From assembly GCA_005222975.1 (NCBI GenBank), contig NJBI01000065.1, positions 1-16,208 on the forward strand: a stretch of 16,208 nucleotides of DNA, read 5' to 3'. The stretch's first letter is position 1; each line of letters opens with the position of its first letter. The notes under the pieces are model-generated. The model searched no databases. It was not told the origin of the DNA and saw only the letters and a program-made list of their open reading frames with translations. Of the stretch, positions 1-8,695 are shown piece after piece. The DNA is from Promethearchaeota archaeon Loki_b31. Its GTDB lineage: Archaea > Asgardarchaeota > Lokiarchaeia > Sigyniarchaeales > SOKP01. The translations under genes and the position numbers were made by a program.

Positions 1-87
1 ATAGAAAATAAAAAAAAAGAGATAGGGTATAGAACCCTTGAGGGCAAGCGAAAATCCATTCAAACTGTTTTAAGCGCATTCGACTAA
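1..87 (+). CDS. 3' end of an upstream gene (partial), ending in a PIP-box-like motif
   Basis: Frame 1 is open from base 1 to TAA at 85-87 (IENKKKEIGYRTLEGKRKSIQTVLSAFD*) and is followed by AT/T-rich intergenic sequence. Terminal QTVLSAF resembles QxxLxxF. Confidence 0.6.
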   Translation: MENKKKEIGYRTLEGKRKSIQTVLSAFD

Positions 88-272
88 AACTTTAAATTTC
101 TTTATGACCTAAAAAGCATTATACCCAACAATTTAGTTTTTTTTTATTTCATTTCTTTTATGTGTTATTTCTTTTTGTAATAGGCATTTTCCTTATTATC
201 CATTAGAAAAGTATACTTTTTTAGTTTAATAAATAATATTAAATAATTAAAATAAAAAAAAAATGAAAGAAA

Positions 273-1772
273 ATGAATAAAACATCTATTATAGAAACTA
301 AAACTGGAAAGATACAAGGCATTAAGGAAAGTGGATTAGAAATATTTAAAGGAATACCTTATGGAGAACCTCCTTTAGGTGACTTACGATTCTCCCCTCC
401 CGTTGCGAAAAAGAATTGGGATGATGTGCTTGATACTACCAAATATGGTTCTTGTGCTTTTCAAGGATATACTCAGCTCGAAGATATTACGGGCAAACTT
501 AAACCCGAAAGTGAGGCTTGCTTAACTCTTAATATTTGGACGCCCGCCGCAGATAATAATAAACGCCCAGTAATGTTCTGGATACATGGTGGTGCTTTTA
601 TTATGGGAGGTGGGATCGACCCTATGTATAATGGTTCAACCTTAGCACAGCGTGGGGATATTGTAGTGGTTACTATTAATTATCGGTTAGGAACTTTAGG
701 TTATCTATATATTCCTGGTGTTACTGCTAATGTAGGACAACTTGATCAAATATTAGCTTTAGAATGGGTCCAGGAGAATATTGAATTATTTGGCGGTGAT
801 CCCTCTAATGTTACGATTTTTGGTGAATCTGCTGGAGGTTATGCTGTTGTGTCATTACCCGCAATGCCCGCTGCTAAAGGACTTTTTCGGCGTGTTATTG
901 CTCAAAGTGCCCCTGCTATTGATCCAAAGGTAACCAAGAAACCTACAAAACGATTGATGCGCATATTAGGAATTCAAAAGGGTGATCTTAATGCGTTGCG
1001 TGAAATATCACCCGAAAAAATTATTGAAGCACAAAACAAACTTATCGCAGAAGACCCTACAAACCTCCTTGCTTTTCGACCTTTAATTGATGGCGATACA
1101 CTACCCATACACCCATTAAAAGCGTTTCAAAACGGTAATTTTGGGAATATTGAATTTATGATAGGCACTAATCTAGAAGAGGCTAAGTTGTTTACAGCTC
1201 TTGATCCAGAGATAAGCAAAATGGGTGATATTGATGGAGAAAAACTCTTAATCGGATATTTAGGCAGACTAGGCATTGATATGAACAAGAGCAAAGTAAT
1301 AATCGATACTTACAGAAAAGCGAGGGAGGAAAAATTTTCTACAGAACCCAAAGAGATAATGAACGCTCTTATCACGGATTATATTTTTCGCATTTCAACG
1401 ATACAATTACTTGAAGCGCAGAGTACGCATCAGGTCAATACTTACAATTACTTATTTACTTGGTCATCCCCCGCATTCGACGGAAAGTTAGGAGCTTGTC
1501 ACGCTCTTGAAATACCATTCGTTTTTAACACGTTTGATGTTCCTGGAATGGCAGATTTTGCCGGTAAAAATCCTGAAACTGAAGCCATTAGCAATAAAAT
1601 AATGGATGCTTGGATTGCATTTGCTCGTACTGGAAATCCTAATCACGATGGTATTCCTAAATGGCCCTCTTACGATATTGAGAAGAGATCGACAATGTTA
1701 ATCGGTAAGGAATTTAAAGTAGTTGAAAATTTTCTCGATAAAGAACGAGCTGCTTGGGATGATATTATTTAA
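273..1772 (+). CDS. Type-B carboxylesterase/lipase (para-nitrobenzyl esterase-like)
   Basis: FKGIPYG, SEACLTLNIW, WIHGGAF oxyanion hole, GESAG nucleophile elbow, GTNLEE (acid) and CHALEI (His). Confidence 0.95.
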   Translation: MNKTSIIETKTGKIQGIKESGLEIFKGIPYGEPPLGDLRFSPPVAKKNWDDVLDTTKYGSCAFQGYTQLEDITGKLKPESEACLTLNIWTPAADNNKRPVMFWIHGGAFIMGGGIDPMYNGSTLAQRGDIVVVTINYRLGTLGYLYIPGVTANVGQLDQILALEWVQENIELFGGDPSNVTIFGESAGGYAVVSLPAMPAAKGLFRRVIAQSAPAIDPKVTKKPTKRLMRILGIQKGDLNALREISPEKIIEAQNKLIAEDPTNLLAFRPLIDGDTLPIHPLKAFQNGNFGNIEFMIGTNLEEAKLFTALDPEISKMGDIDGEKLLIGYLGRLGIDMNKSKVIIDTYRKAREEKFSTEPKEIMNALITDYIFRISTIQLLEAQSTHQVNTYNYLFTWSSPAFDGKLGACHALEIPFVFNTFDVPGMADFAGKNPETEAISNKIMDAWIAFARTGNPNHDGIPKWPSYDIEKRSTMLIGKEFKVVENFLDKERAAWDDII

Positions 1773-1787
1773 TGTATTTAGATATCT

Positions 1788-1806
1788 AACTTTTTTTTAA
1801 AAAGTT
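1788..1806. terminator. Possible bidirectional terminator between convergent genes
   Basis: AACTTTTT-TTT-AAAAAGTT inverted repeat containing a T8 tract, between the stops at 1772 and 1816. Confidence 0.4.
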
Positions 1807-1815
1807 TATATAATT

Positions 1816-2604
1816 TTATTCTTTTTTAATCCATTCTTTAATTGCTACCTTGACAGAACGACGCATTTCTAATGAATAGTCTGCTCCTAGCTTAGCAAGA
1901 TAAAGATTCTGTCCCAGATTTTGCGCATCTTTTATGTGTATTCTTCTCTTTTCATTTTTAATCATTTCCGTAAAATTCTGTTCGCTTAACCTTGAATATT
2001 TGTTGGTAAAATGGATAAATTTTTGAGGAAAGCGTGAGGTAAGCGGTATTTTATTTTTATCTCCTTTTGGATATCCAAAACACAGCAATGTTATGGGAAA
2101 TACCCATCTGGGAAGATTAAACATCTCTCGATGAATTTCATAGTTTTCCATAATATCTCCGATATAACACGACCCAATACTTAAAGCCTCAGCAGCAATA
2201 ACTGCGTTTTGGGCCGCGATCAATGCGTCGCAACAAGCGAGAAGCAAGTCCGATTCTTGTGGTGTTTGAAAATCTTTACCCATTTCTTGGCACAATTCTT
2301 CTACTTTGCAAACCTTAAAATAATCCCACCAGCGTTGCATATCTGCTAAAAACAATAGAACTAGCGGCGCTTTCGCAATATGCGGTTGGTTATCACAGGT
2401 TACTACTAATCTATCCTTTAATTTCTGGTCGGATACTTGTATGATGGAATAAAACATCATGTTTCCTGCCGTAGGTGCCCTCATTGCGCCTTGAACGATT
2501 GCATCAATCTCGTCTTGAGTTAGTGGTTTTGGATCATATGTGCGAATCGTTCTTCTATTCTTAATTAGCTCTATAGTTTGATTTTTTTTATTTTTTTCAT
2601 CCAT
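1816..2604 (-). CDS. Nitroreductase family flavoprotein (NfsA/NfrA-like)
   Basis: RRTIRTY FMN-binding motif, APTAGNMM, DALIAAQNAVIAAEALSIGSCYIG, LCFGYP. Confidence 0.92.
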   Translation of the reverse strand: MDEKNKKNQTIELIKNRRTIRTYDPKPLTQDEIDAIVQGAMRAPTAGNMMFYSIIQVSDQKLKDRLVVTCDNQPHIAKAPLVLLFLADMQRWWDYFKVCKVEELCQEMGKDFQTPQESDLLLACCDALIAAQNAVIAAEALSIGSCYIGDIMENYEIHREMFNLPRWVFPITLLCFGYPKGDKNKIPLTSRFPQKFIHFTNKYSRLSEQNFTEMIKNEKRRIHIKDAQNLGQNLYLAKLGADYSLEMRRSVKVAIKEWIKKE

Positions 2605-2738
2605 AAGAAATTCACATTAATACATATTATTAATAATTTAAAAGTTTAGGGAACCTACTCTCTATTATTAATTCTTTTTGGATAATTTCGTTTATTAAAT
2701 CTTCTCGCTTTTAATTGATCAACATAAAGATATCAAAT

Positions 2739-2933
2739 TTAAATAAAAAGAAATTTAATTATTATTTTGGTGATCCATAAAATGGGAGATATTGAAAAAA
2801 TAGAAAAAATAATCAGAATTATTTGGTTAGTCATTTTAGTATTTTTGTAGATGTTCTGATGTTCTACACTTTCTTTCCGGGGGATATATTTTTTTGTAAA
2901 AAATCGTACCTTATCAATTTTAATATCACTCAT
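2739..2933 (-). CDS. Possible small protein with C-terminal hydrophobic segment (uncertain)
   Basis: 64-aa ATG ORF with a polar/basic N-half and hydrophobic C-half. No recognisable family or SD, and it could be a chance ORF in AT-rich DNA. Confidence 0.35.
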   Translation of the reverse strand: MSDIKIDKVRFFTKKYIPRKESVEHQNIYKNTKMTNQIILIIFSIFSISPILWITKIIIKFLFI

Positions 2934-2976
2934 AGAATGTGATACTTAAAGTAATTTCGTTAAATTTTATAATAAA

Positions 2977-2986
2977 GAGGAGGTGA
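2977..2986 (+). promoter_or_regulatory. Strong Shine-Dalgarno site
   Basis: GAGGAGGTGA 5 nt upstream of the ATG at 2992. Confidence 0.8.
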
Positions 2987-2991
2987 ATCTA

Positions 2992-3090
2992 ATGAAATTA
3001 GGTGCTAAAATAGTGGTTGCAATTCTCGGAGTCGTTCTGATAATTTATGGTATTTATCAGATCATAAAAGGAATGGGCATGATCGGTTAA
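2992..3090 (+). CDS. 32-aa single-pass membrane microprotein (not in ORF track)
   Basis: MKLGAKIVVAILGVVLIIYGIYQIIKGMGMIG*. Near-perfect SD, GC content above the flanks, and a downstream T-tract. Confidence 0.8.
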   Translation: MKLGAKIVVAILGVVLIIYGIYQIIKGMGMIG

Positions 3091-3115
3091 TCTACATCAA
3101 ATCCCTTAAAAATAA

Positions 3116-3132
3116 TTTTTTTTTATTTTTTT
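3116..3132 (+). terminator. Oligo-T terminator after the microprotein gene
   Basis: T9-A-T7 run 25 nt after the stop codon, typical of archaeal intrinsic terminators. Confidence 0.5.
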
Positions 3133-3377
3133 GATGTATTATCAAAAAATAACGCTGAAAATCAGCATTAAAGCATAGATCATATTAAGTAATACATTTA
3201 AGAATAAATATGATAAACCTTCAATATAAAGGAATAAGGAAAGGCAATTCCACCCTAGGCGCATGAAGAAAATATAATGTATCTTATTTATTTCTATAGA
3301 TTATGTGATTAAGGTGCAAATCATGTTCTCATTTTTAAAGCCAAACAAAAGAGAAGACATTCTTCTGATATTTACAA

Positions 3378-4259
3378 TTAACTAATTAGTAATTTTGGAA
3401 ATTTATTTTGCTTTGCTAATTCTTTTTGAATTATATCATCTAATAGCTCTTCTCGTTCATTGCCTGAAAGAACTTCTAATTTTCTTATATTTAAAGGATC
3501 AACCTTCTCTCTTAATAGGTCTATTTCTTTAATGGTAGGAGGTTTAGTTTCTTTTAAATCATTCGGAATAATCAAATCAAATCCTGTTGATTCTTTAATG
3601 GTATCAATATCGACCCCCGGATGATTTGATGCCAACCTCATTCTTTTGCTTTTTCCATCAAAATCTAAATATGCTAGATTAGTTACGACACATTGAGGAC
3701 CAGATCCTCCACATATTGATGGTTTTCCTTCAGGGAATCCTGCTCCGGAGATAAAGAAGAGCCTATCTGTTGATACAAAAGTTCTTGAATCATGTCGGGG
3801 GGTATATAAAAAAGATCCTCTTTTATAGAACATACTAAAATCTAAAATTCCTGCGGCTCCAGGTAGCCTTATTTTTGGACTTTTCCAATCTCCTATACAT
3901 ACATTATTAGTATTTCCAAATTGGTCTATCTGAGCGGGTCGAAAAAATTCTATGGTTGTCAATTTTTCAGATGGAAGCGACTCCAAGGTACATTCAACAG
4001 AATTTTGGAATCTATACGCTCGTGCTGTATTCATTTCTAAATAAAGAAGAGAAACCTGTCGTGGTTCAATAACGAAAGTATTCCCCATAATGTAATGATA
4101 AATAGCATCAGGGGCATGTGCTAATTTTGCTAGAGTAAAAGCTGCCCAGACCATTGGTGTTGCCACCCCAACGATCATAACATCATCATTTCTGACTTCT
4201 CTCGCCATTAAAACTGTCATTAATTCATCTATAGTATAATCTTTTAAAAACTCAGTCAT
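3378..4259 (-). CDS. Family I CoA-transferase-fold protein, beta subunit (GctB/IpdB-like)
   Basis: AQIDQFGNTN, RLPGAAG, VVTNLAYLDFD, HPGV...TGF motifs. SD GGAGGT overlaps the alpha-subunit stop. The canonical catalytic Glu appears absent. Confidence 0.9.
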   Translation of the reverse strand: MTEFLKDYTIDELMTVLMAREVRNDDVMIVGVATPMVWAAFTLAKLAHAPDAIYHYIMGNTFVIEPRQVSLLYLEMNTARAYRFQNSVECTLESLPSEKLTTIEFFRPAQIDQFGNTNNVCIGDWKSPKIRLPGAAGILDFSMFYKRGSFLYTPRHDSRTFVSTDRLFFISGAGFPEGKPSICGGSGPQCVVTNLAYLDFDGKSKRMRLASNHPGVDIDTIKESTGFDLIIPNDLKETKPPTIKEIDLLREKVDPLNIRKLEVLSGNEREELLDDIIQKELAKQNKFPKLLIS

Positions 4260-4270
4260 AATTTTACCTC

Positions 4271-5146
4271 CTATAGTAATATATTTAAAATAGTTTGAAC
4301 TCCTCCAGCTTCCTCTAAATATTGAGCTGAATTTTTTCCAGTAATATATTTCTCTTTATAATTTTTAAAATCTGTTTTTAAATATGCTTGAAAATGAAGG
4401 GGATCGAATGTATAGAACGGATAACAACTTGTAGGGTGTGCTCCGAAAGGGATCTTAACTACCGCGGTTGTTGTTTGCATTGGTAATTGCGCTTTCCCTG
4501 GTAAATACCTAATATCCTCTGTTTCGACTAATTTTTCCGTTATTATAATCGTTTTTTTAGCGGTTTTTGCCATATCGTCATCCATCCAAACAGCTCCAGC
4601 AATATTTCCATTTCCATATTCATCTGCATAAGGAATATGTAAGATAGCCACATCCAAATCTATTCTGGGCAATGCCATTAACTCTGTATCTGAGCCCAAG
4701 GGATCTTTAAATTGTTTAATATCATTCCTTACTTTTGGCATATCAGTTCCTATAATACCTTTTAAAGGCATGAAAGGTACTTTCAAATAGGATGCTCTTA
4801 ATCCTAAAGCAATAGAAGCTTCACTTTCCTCAGAAATCTTTATTGATCTGGACTCAACAGCTTTCCTATAATTTGGAGCCATACCAAAAATTTCCATACC
4901 TACGAAACTGGCTCTCACATTAAACGCACAACCTGCAGCTACAAGCATATCAATTTCGATACCTCCAACAAAAGTGCAAAGAGATAAGTCCTTTTTATTT
5001 TGTCTAATTATCTCTCTACATGCTTCTATCGGTTTTCTCCAAAACGAAAGTCCCCCAAAACCAACTAGATCACCATCTTGAACATAAGTAGAAATTGCAT
5101 CATCTAAGGTCATTAATTTACTTTTTCGAATTTTTGATCTCCTCAC
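4271..5146 (-). CDS. Family I CoA-transferase-fold protein, alpha subunit (GctA/IpdA-like)
   Basis: DGDLVGFGG, RKP, PFMP, DVAILH..ADEYGN, PFGAHPTSC. The start codon is uncertain. Confidence 0.9.
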   Translation of the reverse strand: MRRSKIRKSKLMTLDDAISTYVQDGDLVGFGGLSFWRKPIEACREIIRQNKKDLSLCTFVGGIEIDMLVAAGCAFNVRASFVGMEIFGMAPNYRKAVESRSIKISEESEASIALGLRASYLKVPFMPLKGIIGTDMPKVRNDIKQFKDPLGSDTELMALPRIDLDVAILHIPYADEYGNGNIAGAVWMDDDMAKTAKKTIIITEKLVETEDIRYLPGKAQLPMQTTTAVVKIPFGAHPTSCYPFYTFDPLHFQAYLKTDFKNYKEKYITGKNSAQYLEEAGGVQTILNILL

Positions 5147-5276
5147 TTCATAGAATATTGAATTTTAGATATTAAAACAATATTTAGAAACAATTTTTGT
5201 TATGTTAAAAATATTGTATATTAAACTCATTGGAATATAGAAAAAAGAGAAATAGAATTCAAAATAATCTAGTGAC

Positions 5277-6044
5277 TTAATTTTTTTTTGCTTTTTCTAA
5301 TTGCTTCTTTAATTTTACAAAGAATTCTGGGGTCGACATTTGATATGGTATAGGGTACCTAGTTCCAGCTCTGTGAGTTTTTTCCATACCTTCTATTATT
5401 TCGTCAATAATTCCCATAGGTATTGAGGCAATTAAATCCGTATCAGTTGCCATACCAAAACGGCGATCGCCAAGACATGGAAACGCAATCTGTAGTTCAC
5501 CCGTAAGAATGGCATTTGAAATAGTATCGGCACAAACTCCATCACAAAAAGTTGACATTGAAACTCTACCTCCTTTTTTCCATAAAGAACCTTGGATTAT
5601 TCTCATAATCTGAGCAGAATTACCCCAAATTAGAATCAAATCAGGATCAAAATCAACGCGACTTAAAGCGCCAGAAACAATCGCAGAATATTGTCCAAAT
5701 GGTAATTTAGGCATTGTAGCAGTGGTTTTCTTTGCTGCTTCTTTTGTCTCATTATATCTTCCTACAAAAAAAGCGCCCTCTTCGAAAAGTTTGTGCGATT
5801 TTTCAAATCCGAGACTTATTTCGGCTAGCGGGCATAAATTATCCTCCTTTACACATCCCATAGTCCATCCATAATACCTTGCATAGCTGAAAATTTGACA
5901 AAGCGCTAATTGTTTTTCTGTTTTTTTTAGAAATCTAATATCATTTAATTCTTCGGGATTCCGTAGTAATTTTACGGCAACGGGGAAAGTAGCTAACCGA
6001 AGATATTTATTTAGTCTATCATCTGTTTTTTCGTATTTACCCAT
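5277..6044 (-). CDS. DUF169 family protein
   Basis: PVAVK, CQ, CP...LG, PDL, C.D and PC.GDR pattern characteristic of DUF169. Confidence 0.85.
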   Translation of the reverse strand: MGKYEKTDDRLNKYLRLATFPVAVKLLRNPEELNDIRFLKKTEKQLALCQIFSYARYYGWTMGCVKEDNLCPLAEISLGFEKSHKLFEEGAFFVGRYNETKEAAKKTTATMPKLPFGQYSAIVSGALSRVDFDPDLILIWGNSAQIMRIIQGSLWKKGGRVSMSTFCDGVCADTISNAILTGELQIAFPCLGDRRFGMATDTDLIASIPMGIIDEIIEGMEKTHRAGTRYPIPYQMSTPEFFVKLKKQLEKAKKN

Positions 6045-6073
6045 ATTTATTTTACCATTTTTACGAATTTTAA

Positions 6074-7213
6074 TTAATTACCTGCACTAGACTCATGTAA
6101 TTTAGCACATCGTAAGCCTGGAGTAACTGTCGTAGCTAAACAACCATTGCAGAATATGCAATCTACTTTTTGGTTTCCAGTACCCTTCATCCATCTATTA
6201 GGAAGATCTGGTTCTCGGATTAAGGGTCTAGAAAATGACACGAAGTCAGCACTTTCATTAGTTAATATTTGTTCTACTAGATCGAGGGAGTTAATACCTC
6301 CAATTAGAATAACGGGTATATCAAGAACTCTCTTGAATTCTTTTGCATAAGCTAGATTATACGCAGGTTCATTCATCGTTCCAATAAAGATTCGACTTTC
6401 TGGTAAAAAGGTTGGTTTCCAACCAAGATCTTTCTTTTTTAATTTTGCAACTTCCCATATTCCTGCACTGACTTCAATTGCGGCATACCCTATATTTTCT
6501 AACCTTTTGGCAACTTCAGTAGATTCACTTATAGTAGTTCCTCCCTCTATAAAATCAACACCATTCATTTTTATAAAGATTGGAAATTCCTTTCCAACCA
6601 ACTCAACACTTTTATTATAAATTTCTTCAAGGAATCTAGTTCTATTCTCTATACTCCCCCCATAATCATCCGTTCTTTTGTTTATATAAGGAGAAAGAAA
6701 TTGAGTTATGATATATCCATGAGCTCCATGTAACTGCACAGCATCGAAACCAGCTTCTTTTGCTCTTCTGATCGCTTGGGAGAAAGCATCAACAGTATCT
6801 CGTATTTCTTCTCTAGTCATTTCGCGTGGTATTTTTCTGGTTAACTTTTCCTCCAGAGCAGAAGGAGCTATTGTATTTTCAAGAAATCTAGATTGACGCC
6901 CACAATGTGCAATTTGTAAAGCAACCTTACAATTATCTCCATTTTTATGAACTGTTTCAGCAATTCTACTTAATCCTGGGATATATTCGTCTTTATTAAC
7001 GCCCATTTGTTTGTCAAAAGCCTTTCCACTTTCTTGGATATAAGAATAACCCGTAATTATTAAACCTACTCCTCCTTTAGCTAAAGTTTTATAAAGTTCG
7101 ACGTGCTGATCAGTAACATAACCTTCTTCAGTTGCCATTCCTTCATATGTTGCTGATCTTATAAATCGATTTTTAATCTCTATTGAACCTATTTTTTTTG
7201 GTTTTGAATACAT
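6074..7213 (-). CDS. NADH:flavin oxidoreductase (old yellow enzyme family) with C-terminal Fe-S motif
   Basis: KNRFIRSAT, GGVGLIITG, QIAHCGR, AGFDAVQLHGAHGY, NKRTDDYGGSIENR, RPLIREPDLP and CxxCxxC-x10-C. Confidence 0.93.
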   Translation of the reverse strand: MYSKPKKIGSIEIKNRFIRSATYEGMATEEGYVTDQHVELYKTLAKGGVGLIITGYSYIQESGKAFDKQMGVNKDEYIPGLSRIAETVHKNGDNCKVALQIAHCGRQSRFLENTIAPSALEEKLTRKIPREMTREEIRDTVDAFSQAIRRAKEAGFDAVQLHGAHGYIITQFLSPYINKRTDDYGGSIENRTRFLEEIYNKSVELVGKEFPIFIKMNGVDFIEGGTTISESTEVAKRLENIGYAAIEVSAGIWEVAKLKKKDLGWKPTFLPESRIFIGTMNEPAYNLAYAKEFKRVLDIPVILIGGINSLDLVEQILTNESADFVSFSRPLIREPDLPNRWMKGTGNQKVDCIFCNGCLATTVTPGLRCAKLHESSAGN

Positions 7214-7330
7214 ATTAATACCACATTAAAATTTGAATTACAAATACAAACAATAATTGAACTTGACTGTTTTTAAACATTTATTCTCATATTTAAGAAT
7301 ACGTAAAAATTTCATTTTGTATAAAATTTC

Positions 7331-8462
7331 TTATCTTTCTAAAGCTTTTTCTTTAAGTTTTACTTTTCTTTCCATTATTTTATCGTAAAGGTCATCCATT
7401 GTCGGATAAGAAATGAATTGTCTTTCTCTTTTATGGAGTTTAATTGCTTCAGAGGGACATTTAATAACACAATTTCCACATCCTATACAACGTTTCCGCA
7501 TGATCGAGGATATATCATCAATGAGCGTTATTGCCTCCATTGGGCAAATCTCAACGCAAGTTCCACAACCTGAGCATAGATCAGATTCCACATCAGCGTA
7601 AAAGTTAGTTATTGTAAGATCTCCGGGATTTGGTAATAATTTAATTTTTGATAAGCCTTCACAGCAACAACTACAGCAACTACAAATGATTGTTAAATTT
7701 TGTGAGTTGTCAGGTTGAAGCACTAGTCCTTCTTCCTTATTTTTTCGTAGAATTTCAAGAACTTCATCTTTACTTATAGAACGACCCCCATCCTTGCTCT
7801 ATATATAGTTCTGCTGCAAATCCAAACGCTAAACATACTTCTCTCCGAGAAGTCGCTTTACATGGTTGTTCTAAGATGTCCTTTATTTGCCTACAAAGAC
7901 AATTAGTTACCATATATGGTCCATCAGTTGTATCAAGAAGTTTTATGACATCATCGTAATTACTAATATTATGTTCAGATTCTATACTTTGCTCAACTGG
8001 AATTACCCGTAATTGAGCACCCTTCACTTTTATAGCTTCCGCAAGCCATTTATTACCAAAATAATCGTGAAAATCTTCTATAAATTCCTTTGTTAGCTTG
8101 TTTACTTGGAACTCAGACATTCCAATCATGAGTAAAGCGTTACCGTAATATTTCTTTTCTGCCTCCCTTTTAAACATAAGAAGTCCTTTTTGAACCATTT
8201 TATCCAAAATCTGTTCTAATTCTTCTTTTGAAATTCCAGACTCTTTCGCACGCTCGTAAATGGTATTTAAAGGTTCAAGGTCTCTCTCCCATCCAAATTT
8301 TAAAAACATAGCAATTTTCGCTTCTTGGGGCGCGAATAGACGCTTTAATAACTTAATATCGGACCCAGATTTTGTTGAAGGAAATCCTAATGGCATTTTA
8401 TCAAGATGCTCCTGTAATTTTCGATACAGGGCAATGTTTTCGTTGTTTAAACTCATAATCAT
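7331..8462 (-). pseudogene. 4Fe-4S dicluster-domain protein (~376 aa) split by a 1-nt frameshift
   Basis: ORFs 7770..8462 and 7331..7723 join seamlessly (EQGWG-RSISKDEVLEILRKNKEEGLVLQPDN) if one G of the G5 run (C5 at 7785-7789) is removed. Contains CxCR, CSCCSCCC and two CxxCxxCxxxCP motifs. Either a real frameshift or a homopolymer error. Confidence 0.85.
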
Positions 8463-8580
8463 TCCTTTAATTTTTTTATTTTAATCTTAATGCTGAAAAT
8501 TATCAAAACAACTAGTTAAAGAATGTCTTAATGATAAAAAATATATCCTAATGTAATAAATAAAAGGTTGTTTATTATTC

Positions 8581-8695
8581 GAAAAAGATTAAAGTAAGGA
8601 TTTGTGCAAGTTTATTTTTATAGATTAATTAAAGGAACTTGATAATTATGGTCGAAAGAAAAAGATTAAATGTTGGCCTTGTACAAGTTTATTTT
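8581..8695 (+). repeat. Imperfect 38-nt direct repeat (8581-8618 and 8658-8695)
   Basis: GAAAAAGATTAAAgtaaGGatTTGTgCAAGTTTATTTT versus GAAAAAGATTAAAtgttGGccTTGTaCAAGTTTATTTT, 31/38 identical by hand alignment. The second copy is cobO coding sequence. Confidence 0.8.

Noticed and set aside
6147-6350. 67-aa plus-strand ORF
   Set aside because: Antisense shadow inside the OYE gene.
7413-7601. 62-aa plus-strand ORF
   Set aside because: Antisense to the ferredoxin domain of the 4Fe-4S gene.
7661-7684. Short repeat ACAGCAACAACTACAGCAACTACA
   Set aside because: It simply encodes the CSCCSCCC cysteine cluster.
8260-8484. 74-aa plus-strand ORF
   Set aside because: Antisense to the 5' part of the 4Fe-4S gene, with no SD or motif.
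8463-8647. Cobalamin riboswitch upstream of cobO
   Set aside because: The region is very AT-rich, with no B12-box or GGGAA-type core motifs visible.
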